Shown here in pieces: positions 7,471 through 18,800 of a stretch of DNA of 64,000 nt (position 1 is the stretch's first letter; each line of letters begins with the position of its first letter). The stretch lies in the IMG/VR virus record IMGVR_UViG_3300028393_000045; one strand, 5' to 3'. The translations under genes were made by a program, and so were the position numbers. This DNA comes from an uncultured virus (IMG/VR IMGVR_UViG_3300028393_000045). Its lineage: Duplodnaviria; Heunggongvirae; Uroviricota; Caudoviricetes. Below the pieces are notes generated by a model. That model was given only the letters and a program-made list of their open reading frames with translations. It was not told where the DNA came from and did not search any database.

Positions 7471-9744
7471 ATGGCTGACAACGGTGCTTATGCACGATAT
7501 CTTGAAGCTCAAAGGCAACAAGCCATTAAAGATAACAAGGCTAAATTTTCAGCTGTATCTAAAGCAGAAGATGATAAAATAAAACTCCGTGGCGCCGGGT
7601 ACGGCGATTTAAGTACCGGTGCTCAAATAAACAATAGAGCCAATGGCAAATTACTTAGATCGGGCGGATCCCCGGCAGTGGGCACATCGGGCAAAGTATC
7701 CGACCCGTATGCTGATAATAGAAAAAATGCAGGTAAAGGTGGGTATGACGAAGCAGGTGACCCAATTGACAATTATTCTTCTAATAGAAAAAATGCAGGT
7801 AAAAGTGGGTATGATGAAGCAGGCGACCCAGTTGATCCGTATGCAAAAGACCGTGCCAATGCTGGTCAGTCTGGATACGATGAAGCCGGTACAAAAATTA
7901 ATAGTGACGGCACACCAGGCGGATCTCAAAAAGTAAATTCCAATGGGGAATCTAGTTCAAGCGACTCGGGCGGCGGTGGTGGTGGAAGTGGCAACCCACT
8001 GGATCAATACGCCAACTATACATATGGTTTAAGCCTGCATGTAATTAAACCCGAAGAATACGAGGGATTAAAGCCAGGGTACAATCCCGATGGAAAAGTT
8101 TTAATTGCCAGCGGTGGCCGGCAAGGTAGCGGATTTGGGCGTATTGCAGGATTCCAGTCTGATTTCTATTTTGATAATTTTAGGATGACTACAATAATAG
8201 GAATGAATCAACGCACTCGCGGCAGTAATGTAATAGATATGCAATTTACAGTACTAGAACCGTTTGGCATGACACTATTAGATAAGATACTTAAAGTAGC
8301 AGATCTACTTGGAGCAAAAAATTGGAACGAAATGCCGTTTGTAATGCAAATTGATTTCTTTGCTAATACCAACGATGATAGGTCTGTATTAATATCAGGG
8401 CATACAAAATATATTCCTATTAAATTAATTGAATGTAAAATATCAGCAACTTCAAATGGCGCAAGTTATCAATTCCATGGTATTCCATACAATCACGCTG
8501 CTTTTCAAACTAATTCTGTTTCTACCCCAGCCTTTAATGAAGTAACTGCCAAAACTGTTAAAGAATTTTTTAGCAGTGACAGTAAAGACAAAGGCAGCTA
8601 TGCATTGGCATTAAATAATTATCAGAAAAAATTAGCGGCAGATGAAGCTAAGTATCAAGAATTTCCTGACATATATGAATTTAAGATTGATTCAGAAATA
8701 GGTGATGCTAAGATTGTATACGAAAAAAGAAATAACGTAAAATCTGCACCAATGGCAAGTAAATCAAATAAAACAGCCACAAAGGACGACGGAAAACGTG
8801 CCGCCGAAGGTGGATCTGCTGCACAATTGGATTTAGAATATCAAGCGATTCCTATCAACGCAGGAACTTCCATTATTGATGTAATCAGCCAAGTTATAAG
8901 AAATAGTAGTTATATGGCGGAACAAGTTGGTAAAGGTGGCGACGACCTTATAAAATCTTGGAGGGTTATTCCTGAAATTAAAATATTAAAATTTGATAAT
9001 TATAGAAAAATTTATCAGAAAAAATTTACTTATCATGTTAAAAAAGCTGATTATCATAATACAAAATATCCAGATGCTCCAATGAAAATGCCAACAAAGA
9101 TTTCTAGGAAATATAATTATTTGTATACTGGAAAAAATCAAGATGTATTGGATTTTGCTATAGATTTTAATGTGGTATTTTATACAGCAATGACTGCAAA
9201 CAGAGATAAATTGAAAAAAGTTGAAGTTGATAAAGAAACCAAAAAAAATGAAAAAGATAAAGGTGTAAGTGCGTCGGCCAGCCCAAATAAATTAGATCCA
9301 AAACATGTAAAGACTGTTGCTACCCAAGCCGATGTAGCAACCTCTGCCCAAGGAGCAAACGATGCAAAAAATGTGTCATCGAATGATTTAGTTAGATCAA
9401 TGTTCACCGATTCTCGTGGTGATATGATTAATATTAATTTAAAAATATCAGGGGATCCTGCATATATCAAACAAGATGATGTATTTTTTAAACCTTCTGC
9501 CAGTAACAATTCTGCAGGAACAATTGACCAGCACGGTAGTTTTTCCACGGACAACGGCGAGCTATTTGTTGAAGTTAATTTCAGAACTCCGTCGGACATA
9601 AATCCAAGTACTGATACGTATGATTTTAGCAATAGTGAAAAAACAGCGTTTAGTGGAACATATAGGGTAATGACAGTTGACAATGTTCTTGAAAGAGGAC
9701 AATTCACTCAAACGTTGTCGTTGATTAAAGTTTTTCCAGCATAA
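7471..9744 (+). CDS. Baseplate hub protein, gp27-like, with a low-complexity N-terminal extension
   Basis: NPLD.YANYTY; LKISGDP; FSGTYRV..V...ERGQFTQTL.L; lies between gp53 and gp5. Confidence 0.65.
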   Translation: MADNGAYARYLEAQRQQAIKDNKAKFSAVSKAEDDKIKLRGAGYGDLSTGAQINNRANGKLLRSGGSPAVGTSGKVSDPYADNRKNAGKGGYDEAGDPIDNYSSNRKNAGKSGYDEAGDPVDPYAKDRANAGQSGYDEAGTKINSDGTPGGSQKVNSNGESSSSDSGGGGGGSGNPLDQYANYTYGLSLHVIKPEEYEGLKPGYNPDGKVLIASGGRQGSGFGRIAGFQSDFYFDNFRMTTIIGMNQRTRGSNVIDMQFTVLEPFGMTLLDKILKVADLLGAKNWNEMPFVMQIDFFANTNDDRSVLISGHTKYIPIKLIECKISATSNGASYQFHGIPYNHAAFQTNSVSTPAFNEVTAKTVKEFFSSDSKDKGSYALALNNYQKKLAADEAKYQEFPDIYEFKIDSEIGDAKIVYEKRNNVKSAPMASKSNKTATKDDGKRAAEGGSAAQLDLEYQAIPINAGTSIIDVISQVIRNSSYMAEQVGKGGDDLIKSWRVIPEIKILKFDNYRKIYQKKFTYHVKKADYHNTKYPDAPMKMPTKISRKYNYLYTGKNQDVLDFAIDFNVVFYTAMTANRDKLKKVEVDKETKKNEKDKGVSASASPNKLDPKHVKTVATQADVATSAQGANDAKNVSSNDLVRSMFTDSRGDMININLKISGDPAYIKQDDVFFKPSASNNSAGTIDQHGSFSTDNGELFVEVNFRTPSDINPSTDTYDFSNSEKTAFSGTYRVMTVDNVLERGQFTQTLSLIKVFPA
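7702..7890 (+). repeat. Three tandem 19-22 aa repeats (NRKNAGK.GYDEAG)
   Basis: Direct repeats visible at both DNA and protein level. Confidence 0.85.
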
Positions 9745-9756
9745 GAGCAAATAAAA

Positions 9757-11901
9757 ATGTCTAAAACAGATAGAAGAATAGGAAAAAAAGTACCTGACTA
9801 TATACGCAGGGAAGATGCTGCGGGCGTAAGATTTGATTCGGGTCCGTATGTAGGAAAAATAAAAAACAACTACGATACTATTCGCCAAGGGAGACTTCAA
9901 GTATGGATTCCTGATTTAGGCGGTGGTGACGAAGACGATGTCTCAAATTGGCGAACCGTTAGCTATGCAAGTCCATTCTTTGGTTCTACGTATCAAGAAC
10001 CCGACAATAAGAAAAATACATTTAAAGATGTAAGACATACTTACGGGTTCTGGTTTACACCACCAGATATAGACAATTTTGTTATGTGTACTTTTATTGC
10101 CGGAGATCCTCAACGCGGATTTTGGTTTGCATGTATACCATCGCAATTAGGGCAACATATGGTTCCTGCTATAGCAGGAACGAGTAGCTACGACACTGAG
10201 GGAATTACCAATAGTGCAGTGCAAAAAATGAACAAGCCGTCGGTGTTGCCGGTAGTTGAATTTAACGAAAACAAAGAACAGGATTGGACAGATTTCACTG
10301 GGCTAAAGAAGCCGTTACACGAAACACAAATTGAGATATTAATAACACAGGGTCTTGATAGGGACACAGATCGAGGAGTAGTAAGCAGCAGTAGCCAACG
10401 CGAGAGCCCTAGTAGGGTGTTTGGAATTAGTACCCCGGGGCAACCCGAATCGGGTGCTACTAAAGACGAATTTGTTTATACACGTAAAGGTGGACACACT
10501 TTAGTAATGGACGATGGTGATTTTAAAGACAAAAATAGAATATTTAGATTGCGATCGTCAGGTGGCCATCAAATTATAATGAATGACACCCAGGATATAT
10601 TTTATATTGGTAACAGTAAGGGAACAGCCTGGGTTGAATTAACCGAAGCAGGAGCAGTTAATATCTTTAGTGACACAGATATAAACTTTAGAGCAAAAGG
10701 TGATTTTAATTTCCATGCTGATAAAGATTTTAAAATACATGTAGGTGGCAAATTTAGTTTATTTGCTAAAACATCTATCCAATCAGAATCTGAACTAATA
10801 ACATCAACCTCTAGTGCAAAGACCACTATATTTGGTAACGGTGTTGAAATTGGCAGCGAGTCTACTATTGATATTAATCCTGCAGGAGCAGGTAGTTTCA
10901 CATGTGGGCCCACATTAACAATGTCGGCGGGCACAATAAAATTAAATTCTGGTAGTGGCCCAACAGTATCAAAACCTGACAAGATTACAGTCAACGATGT
11001 AAATGAAGCCGAACTTGACGGAAGTGGACAATGGCAAACTAAAGCAGCCGCATTAAAAAGCATTGCAAGTGTTGTTCCAACGCACGAGCCGTGGCCTCGC
11101 AAAGGTGGAAAACCAAATGCAGCAGCTAGCGGCGCATCAAGTGCAGCAGGCGGTGGTAGTAGCAGCACCAGTGGAGGTGGCAACACTGGCGGCAACACTG
11201 GCAGCGGCAACTCCACATTAAATTCAGGTACAGGTGGTGCAGCTACAGATGGTAAAGGAAATCCGGCTGTTAGTGGCCAGTCGGGCGACGGCGGCGGCCC
11301 TAATGCCGCAGCGTCACAAAGTGTTAAAAATCCAGCATCAAAATCGTCTATGTACAATAAGGACAATCCAACTCCTACTACAGGGGTAGGCCCATTGGAT
11401 CCTATAGATAAAAAAGCACTTAAAACACAAATAGCTCATAACGAAAGTGGCGGCAGGTATGATATAGTTGAAGCTAAGAGAGGCAACTATTTAGGAAAAT
11501 ATCAAATGGGCGCAGGTGCGTTAGTTGGCGAGGGATATATTAAACCTGATGCGTATGCTAAATATGGGTCATCCGCAGTTAATTATCCCTCAAGCTGGAC
11601 CGGTAAAGGCGGAGTATCATCAAAAGAAGACTTTTTAAATAATCACGATGCACAGGAAAAATCAATGGATGGTCTACTAGATAAAAATTATTCCACGTTA
11701 CAGAGAACTGGCGGAGTCAAACCCGGAGACAGTAAAGAAACTGTATCCGGTATGTTGGCAACAAGTCACCTATTAGGTGCAGGAGGTGCAACAACATGGC
11801 GTAAAACAGGTGGCGGCGCAGATGCCAATGGTACATCGGGTACCTCTTATTATAACATGGGCCGGTATGCATCTAATGTGCTAGCCAAACAAACTGCTTA
11901 A
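9757..11901 (+). CDS. Baseplate central spike, gp5/VgrG-like, with a C-terminal lysozyme-like domain
   Basis: OB-fold GRLQVWIP..., beta-helix region, PTHEPW, Gly linker, then HNESGG...YLGKYQMG. Confidence 0.8.
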   Translation: MSKTDRRIGKKVPDYIRREDAAGVRFDSGPYVGKIKNNYDTIRQGRLQVWIPDLGGGDEDDVSNWRTVSYASPFFGSTYQEPDNKKNTFKDVRHTYGFWFTPPDIDNFVMCTFIAGDPQRGFWFACIPSQLGQHMVPAIAGTSSYDTEGITNSAVQKMNKPSVLPVVEFNENKEQDWTDFTGLKKPLHETQIEILITQGLDRDTDRGVVSSSSQRESPSRVFGISTPGQPESGATKDEFVYTRKGGHTLVMDDGDFKDKNRIFRLRSSGGHQIIMNDTQDIFYIGNSKGTAWVELTEAGAVNIFSDTDINFRAKGDFNFHADKDFKIHVGGKFSLFAKTSIQSESELITSTSSAKTTIFGNGVEIGSESTIDINPAGAGSFTCGPTLTMSAGTIKLNSGSGPTVSKPDKITVNDVNEAELDGSGQWQTKAAALKSIASVVPTHEPWPRKGGKPNAAASGASSAAGGGSSSTSGGGNTGGNTGSGNSTLNSGTGGAATDGKGNPAVSGQSGDGGGPNAAASQSVKNPASKSSMYNKDNPTPTTGVGPLDPIDKKALKTQIAHNESGGRYDIVEAKRGNYLGKYQMGAGALVGEGYIKPDAYAKYGSSAVNYPSSWTGKGGVSSKEDFLNNHDAQEKSMDGLLDKNYSTLQRTGGVKPGDSKETVSGMLATSHLLGAGGATTWRKTGGGADANGTSGTSYYNMGRYASNVLAKQTA

Positions 11902-11909
11902 ATACTATT

Positions 11910-12284
11910 ATGACTACATACAAAGGATTCAGTACTTACAACAGAATGCGTAAATTTACGCTAACTGACTTTGACTTGATTAAGCAAGATTTATTTAATC
12001 ATTTTTCAATTCGCAAAGGTGAAAAACTAATGAATCCAAAATTTGGGACAATTATTTGGGGTCTTTTATTTGAACCAATGTCCCCGGATATTAAAGCATT
12101 AGTGTCCCAAGACGTTAAAGAAATCATTGACTACGATCCAAGAATTTCGGCTGATAGAATATCAGTGACTGAATTTGAACACGGGATTCAGATCAATTTG
12201 AATATACGTTATGTATTAACGAATCAAACTGGAACAATGGCGTTAAAATTTAGTAGAGCTTCAAATCAATTAACTTATAGTTAA
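11910..12284 (+). CDS. Baseplate wedge protein, gp25-like
   Basis: RKGEKLMNPKFGT.IW.LLFEP, YDPR; TAAATA at 11899-11904. Confidence 0.88.
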   Translation: MTTYKGFSTYNRMRKFTLTDFDLIKQDLFNHFSIRKGEKLMNPKFGTIIWGLLFEPMSPDIKALVSQDVKEIIDYDPRISADRISVTEFEHGIQINLNIRYVLTNQTGTMALKFSRASNQLTYS

Positions 12285-12331
12285 CAACCCACTTTTATTA
12301 CATAATAAATATATGAACAGAGTCTTATAAC

Positions 12332-15300
12332 ATGGCTATTATATCTCGACAAACCGGACTGCTCGCAGCAGAAAACTGGAAAAAAATCTATCAGACCTTC
12401 CGCGAGGCCGATTTTACTACCTACGACTTTGAAACTCTGCGCAAGAGTATGATTGATTATATCAAGCTATACTATCCTGAGGACTTTAACGATTTTACAG
12501 AAAGTAGTGAATTTGTTGCATTGATTGATTTAATAGCATTCATGGGGCAAAATTTAGCATTTAGGACCGATTTAAATGCTCGAGAAAACTTTATTGACAC
12601 TGCTGAACGCAGAGAAAGTATATTAAAACTAGCAAAATTGGTTAGCTACAACCCTAAAAGAAATGTACCGGCTAGTGGATATTTAAAAATTGAAAGTGTA
12701 AGCACTACCGAATCGCTATTTGATAGCAATGGATTTGATCTAAGTAATACTATTATTACTTGGAATGACCCAGCTAATGATAATTGGCTAGAACAATTTA
12801 CTACCATTTTAAATGCATCGTTGGTTGGTAGCCAAATAATAGGAAAACCTGCTCATAGTCAAGTTATAAATGGAATTATGACTGACGAATACAGCATAAA
12901 CAATATAACTACTGCGGTTCCTATTTTCAGATTTGAAGCAACAATTGAAGATACTACATCTTCATTTGAAGTGGTTAGCGGAACAAGTTTAGGAAAAACA
13001 TATATATACGAAGCTGCGCCCGACTACGAAAAAGCGTTTAATGTTTTGTATAGATCTGACAACAACGGCAACTCCAGTAACAGTACAGGATTTTTCTTTT
13101 ATTTCAAACAAGGCGAAATGTCTAGTTTTGATTTTAATATACCCGAGGCTGTGCCAAACAAAGTTGTTAGCATTGATATTAACAATATTAACAATACTGA
13201 TGTATGGTTATATAAATTAAACACCGACGGTACAACGCAATCACTATGGTCGGCTGTTCCTTCTACTACTGGTATTAACATTATATACAACAAAGTTGAA
13301 GATAGAAATTTATATCAAATTGGTACAAGAACATCAGACCAAATTAACTTAACTTTTGGTGACGGATCATTCTCAAATGTGCCACAAGGCGACTTCAGAT
13401 TATACTATAGAACTAGTAATGGATTAAATTATAAAATAACACCCAACGAGATGCGATCTATTGCTATATCTATTAGATATATTAGTAGAAAAAATAGGCC
13501 AGAAACAGTTACAATTCGTGCTAGTTTAAAATATACAGTAGTAAATGCAGTACCAACTGAGTCAACAGATGCAATAAGACAAAAAGCACCACAACAATAT
13601 TATACGCAAAATCGTATGATAACCGGTGAAGACTATAACATATTGCCTTACACATCTTTCAGCAATATTATTAAAGCCAAGTCTATTAATAGAACTAGTA
13701 GCGGTTTAAGTAGGTATCTTGACATGTTAGATACAACTGGAAAGTACAGTAGCACTAATACATTTGGTCAAGATGGTGCAATTTACACTGAAAATTTCAT
13801 AAACACATTTTCGTTTGGATTTGTATCTGCTAACGATGTTCGTAAAATTGTATATAATCAAATAATTAATAAAATTATTCCTGATAAAAGATCGTTGCAT
13901 TACTATTATAAAAATTTAACAATTATTAATTCTGCTAATAGCTTAACACCGGCTACTGCTTTGGTTACAGGTAGACGTTATATCATTAATAAAGTTGGCG
14001 TCACCGACTTTACCCTATTAGGGGCTAGTAGGAATGCACCGGGCGTTAATTTTATAGCAACTGATCATGACACAAGAGATCCTAATTATTTTGCAACAAC
14101 AGTTGGTCAAGCAATAGAGGCATCTATATCTTGGCATTTAAGTACGGTAGGAAGTAATAGCTCAAATGGATATTTCATTGGACCTGCGTTTACTCCTTTA
14201 TCGGTTCGAGCATTGGGGTCTGTAGCAAAATACCTCAGAGCAGGTGCAATAATAAGATTTGTTGCTCCGAACGGTAGTTACTTCAATGCAGGAAATAACT
14301 TAATAACAGGAGCACCGGTTGGCCCTGAAGATAAACTTGAATTATATGCGGCTGTGGTTGATATCATTGGTGATGGTACAAATGATGGATTGGGTAATTT
14401 TACCAATGGTGCAGGGCCAGTATCATTGAACACTAAAATACCTACAGGGGCTATAATTAAATATATTGTGCCAGCATACAAAACTAATTTTGGAGCAGGA
14501 TTTACAACCGCATTAGTTAATAATATAACATCTTATAAGAATTTTGCTATATTATATAATTCAACAATGCAAAATTGGCAATTAGCAAGCCCAACAGACA
14601 TAACAAATGATAAATGGTCAATTAAATTTGATTACAGCAATGAAAATGGAACATATCTTGTTAGTTATAAAGGTATTAATTATATCTTCTATAGCCCAAT
14701 GGAAACCACATTTTACTATGATCAAGCATTAAAAGTATATGATAGTAAAACAGCAAGTGTGATATACGATCATATAAAAATACTTGGAACGAATCCCGGG
14801 CCCGACTCACCAATGCCAATTGGAAAAACAGTTGTATGGGATGTTTTAGACAAAGTAACTAATTCGGATGGTACCATTGACAGTAGTAGAATATATATAA
14901 CATATTCAGATTCTGACAATGACGGAGTTCCTGACGATCCAAACATATTTAACATAGTGGTTAATCCAGAAGTGAATCCAATAAGCAAATTGGTATTTTT
15001 TGAATTAACTACAAGTACAGGATATACAAAATACGTAAACTTGGATATATTAGATCTGTCAAGAGTTACTACGCAGTTCAATACAAGGTCACAAATTGTT
15101 GCCGTATCGGCATCTTACTCAGTGGGAGATATATTTTATGCGCCCGGCGATGATGCATTTTATTCAATTTTGCATTCAAAGACCGAAAACGCTAACTATG
15201 TTAGTGAAAGTTTAACAAAATACAAATATTTTACTGGCAGACAAAATCTGAATTATCAATATAGACATAATTCTCCTAATACACGTAGGATTGATCCTAG

Positions 15301-15877
15301 TGTTAGTAATATTATAGATATATATCTTCTAACATCTGCATACGACACCGACTATAGAGCATGGATCAACGATACATCAAATTCAATTAGTCAGCCGTCA
15401 CCGCCTACTAGCACTGAGTTATCGTTATCGTTCTCAGGACTAAATGAAATTAAATCAATCAGCGACACTGTTGTATTTCAAAATGCAATATATAAACCTA
15501 TTTTTGGATTAAAAGCTATTAATAATTTACAGGCAATATTTAAAGTTGTAAAAAATCCAAATTTGAATATCAGTGATGCAGATATCAAAGTGTCTGTTAT
15601 TAATGCTATAAATGACTATTTTAGTATTGACAATTGGGACTTTGGTGAAACATTTTATTTCAGTGAATTGTCTGCCTATTTACATCAAATTTTAAGCCCT
15701 AACATTGCTAGTATTATTATTGTTCCAAGAGATAGTACAATTAAATTTGGTACTCTTTATCAAATTAATGCAGAGGCAAATGAAATTATTATTAGTGCTG
15801 CTACAGTTGAAAATGTCGAAATCATAAGCGCAGTTACGGCAATGCAATTAAATCAAGGCGTGTCCCTGACTTATTAA
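12332..15877 (+). CDS. Baseplate wedge protein, gp6-like
   Basis: DFETLR..M..Y, ARENFIDTA.RRES, FGDG, QNRMITGEDY; ATAAATA at 12305-12311. Confidence 0.82.
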   Translation: MAIISRQTGLLAAENWKKIYQTFREADFTTYDFETLRKSMIDYIKLYYPEDFNDFTESSEFVALIDLIAFMGQNLAFRTDLNARENFIDTAERRESILKLAKLVSYNPKRNVPASGYLKIESVSTTESLFDSNGFDLSNTIITWNDPANDNWLEQFTTILNASLVGSQIIGKPAHSQVINGIMTDEYSINNITTAVPIFRFEATIEDTTSSFEVVSGTSLGKTYIYEAAPDYEKAFNVLYRSDNNGNSSNSTGFFFYFKQGEMSSFDFNIPEAVPNKVVSIDINNINNTDVWLYKLNTDGTTQSLWSAVPSTTGINIIYNKVEDRNLYQIGTRTSDQINLTFGDGSFSNVPQGDFRLYYRTSNGLNYKITPNEMRSIAISIRYISRKNRPETVTIRASLKYTVVNAVPTESTDAIRQKAPQQYYTQNRMITGEDYNILPYTSFSNIIKAKSINRTSSGLSRYLDMLDTTGKYSSTNTFGQDGAIYTENFINTFSFGFVSANDVRKIVYNQIINKIIPDKRSLHYYYKNLTIINSANSLTPATALVTGRRYIINKVGVTDFTLLGASRNAPGVNFIATDHDTRDPNYFATTVGQAIEASISWHLSTVGSNSSNGYFIGPAFTPLSVRALGSVAKYLRAGAIIRFVAPNGSYFNAGNNLITGAPVGPEDKLELYAAVVDIIGDGTNDGLGNFTNGAGPVSLNTKIPTGAIIKYIVPAYKTNFGAGFTTALVNNITSYKNFAILYNSTMQNWQLASPTDITNDKWSIKFDYSNENGTYLVSYKGINYIFYSPMETTFYYDQALKVYDSKTASVIYDHIKILGTNPGPDSPMPIGKTVVWDVLDKVTNSDGTIDSSRIYITYSDSDNDGVPDDPNIFNIVVNPEVNPISKLVFFELTTSTGYTKYVNLDILDLSRVTTQFNTRSQIVAVSASYSVGDIFYAPGDDAFYSILHSKTENANYVSESLTKYKYFTGRQNLNYQYRHNSPNTRRIDPSVSNIIDIYLLTSAYDTDYRAWINDTSNSISQPSPPTSTELSLSFSGLNEIKSISDTVVFQNAIYKPIFGLKAINNLQAIFKVVKNPNLNISDADIKVSVINAINDYFSIDNWDFGETFYFSELSAYLHQILSPNIASIIIVPRDSTIKFGTLYQINAEANEIIISAATVENVEIISAVTAMQLNQGVSLTY

Positions 15878-15897
15878 AATATTACAATAGGTAAACA

Positions 15898-18800
15898 ATG
15901 GCAACTAGAAAGACACTAAATCTTCTTCCGAGTATATTTCAAACGGAAACCAATAAGAAATTTCTTGGTGCAACACTAGATCAATTGGTCAGCGAACCAG
16001 ATATTTCCAAGTTCAATGGATTTATAGGAAGAAAGTTTTCACCGGTTAATAAACCTAGTGATAATTTTATCAACGAGCCTACAGTTAGCAGAGAAAATTA
16101 TCAATTTGAACCGGCTGTTGTTATTAAAAATACTAGTAATGGTATTGACCTATATGCAGATTACCAAGACCTATTAGAAAAAGTTGCAAATCATGGCGGG
16201 ATAACAGAAAATCATAATAGATTATTTGAATCAGAATATTATAGTTTTAATCCTAGAATTAATTTTGACAAATTTATTAACTATACCAGATATTTTTGGT
16301 TACCAACAGGTACCGATCCTGTAACAGTATCTGCAGGCACACCCGGCAATGATAGAACATTTGTCATTACTAGAAATGATCCAGGCGGTTATGCTACTAT
16401 AAATCAAGACTCCACTCCAAATTCAACTATAACATTAGTACGTGGCGCAGTATATAAATTTAACGTCAACCAGCCCGGTGCCAAATTTTGGATTCAAACA
16501 GAAGTTGGTATAGATGGCTTTAAAGATTTTAATCAAACTATCTCTACTAGAGATATTATTGGCATTGAAAATAACGGTGCCGAATCCGGAACTATTACTT
16601 TTACTGTGCCAGACAAAGATTCGCAAGATTATTATTTTAAAATGCCATCATTGGGATTTATTGATTATGCTATTAGTGAACCGTTCTCTGCAATTGACGG
16701 TCAGTTTTGGGTAAACGGTAATAATGCAATGGATCAAATTGAAGGTTCAACTCGATATCCACAAGGTTATTATGTTGTTTTTACATCAACTAGTACAAAT
16801 CCTGATAACTGGATTGATTATACGGGTAATCCAGTACCAATAGATAAACGACATGGTCTTTGGAAAATTACTATTAATCAAAATTCTAAAATACAAATGG
16901 AGTTTGTTAGAACAATACCGTTGGGGTATAAAATTAGAATTAATTATGGAGCAAATGCTGGTAAAGAATTCTTTAAAAATTCAGGAGATAATTTAGTACT
17001 ATCTCCTCCAATTACTGCACCTTTATCAACATTGTTTTATCAAGACGAAAACAATGAATCTATAGTGGGAAAAATCAACATTGTTGATTTTCCGGGTAAT
17101 GCAATTAATGTTAATTCGGATATATTGGGCAAGGTTACATACACTAGTCCTAACGGTGTAGTGTTTACCAATGGGTTAACAGTTGTTTTTGATAACACTG
17201 TATTTCCTAATTCGTATCGCAATTCAAAATATATCATTGAAGGTGTTGGAAAATCAATTAAATTAATTGATATAATATTATTAGAATCTGTTGAGAGCGT
17301 TGACACGAAATCTAGTGTGCCATTTGATCAAGAACCATTTGATACTCTTGGATTAGATCAACCAATAGCAAACAGTGTCGCTATACCCGACTATATTGTT
17401 ATGAATAAATCAACAACAGATTTAAATGCATGGGCTCGCGGCAATAGATGGTTCCACGAAGATATAATTGCAAAAGCAGCTGAATATAATAAAACAACAG
17501 TAAAGATTGATCCAACTAAAAGAGCAAATAGACCAATCATCGAATTTGAAGAAGATTTACAATTATTTAATAGTGGAAAGAACTTTCTTGCTATAATAGA
17601 TAGGGCCGACACTAATTTTGTAGGAACTGGCGAAAAAATATTAAATGCATACACTGATGTTAATGACAAATATGTCAATGATGCGTCTATTAGACGTTTA
17701 AATTATATAGAAAATCAAGTAGCTATTTTCCCCAATGATATTAGTAGTAATGTTAGAAATGCATTATTTAGAATTGAATTTAAAAATCAAACTACTGCAA
17801 CATCATTTAATGGAGTTGGCACCGGATATGTTAACATACGTCAGGGATCAAATCGAGTTTATGAAAAAATATTAGATGGTAATAGAACAACATTCAGAGA
17901 TCAATATATACCGGGTACATTGTTATATGCAGTGGATAATACGTATATTGGAAAAATAAAATCAATTTTTAGTAACAACGAAATGATTTTAGAGTCGCCT
18001 GCATTAGTGACTCGTAACGAAGTAGTTGTAAAATTTAATTATCCTAAAATTACTTTACGCAAAATAAAGACAGCAGTCAATAATGATTCGGTGGTTGTCA
18101 GGACTGGACTTAATCAAAAAAACACATTCTGGTTAAATTCAGGAGTCTGGGCATATGCACAATATAAAAAAGATGTTAACACTCCTATTAAATTTGATGT
18201 AGTTGATAAAGATGGCATTAGTTTATCTAGTCCATCTAAGTACACCGAAAGTAAATTTGCTGGAACAACTGTATTTTCTTATGACATAGGCAGTAGTATA
18301 TCAGATCCTATACTTGGTATCAAATTGCGGTATACTGGCATAGGTAATTCAATATCAGATATCAATTTTGTAAATTCTTTTGAAACTGATACATTTACAT
18401 ATAAACCATATGATTATAAAACATTAAATATTTCGTCGATTGGGTATTTAAGTAAACGCACTGGAAGAAATACTTATAGCTTGCTCACTGTTTGGCAATC
18501 TATATCAGAGCCTACAAAACAATATCAACATATAGCAGATTTGTCCGATGGTACAACTAACTATTTTGAAATTGATATACTGCCCGGTGATATAGTAAAT
18601 CAGCCAAACATAAAAGTTTTTGTTAATAATGTACTAATTAAAAATGAAGATTTTGTTATAGAAACGGTAGGGATCAGACATGCTGTTAATATATTAACTA
18701 CAGTCCTTGACGGTGATAAGATTGATATATTAATTTATAATAAAAAATCAATTAGTGATCTTGGTTATTATCAAATTCCAAGTAACTTAGAATTTAATGC

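Noticed and set aside
7702..7890. CRISPR-like array
   Set aside because: In-frame, degenerate coding repeats without unique spacers; no cas genes
9180..11366. Long antisense ORFs (9180-9707, 10602-11366) and similar ones over structural genes
   Set aside because: Shadow frames of + strand genes with no recognisable motifs
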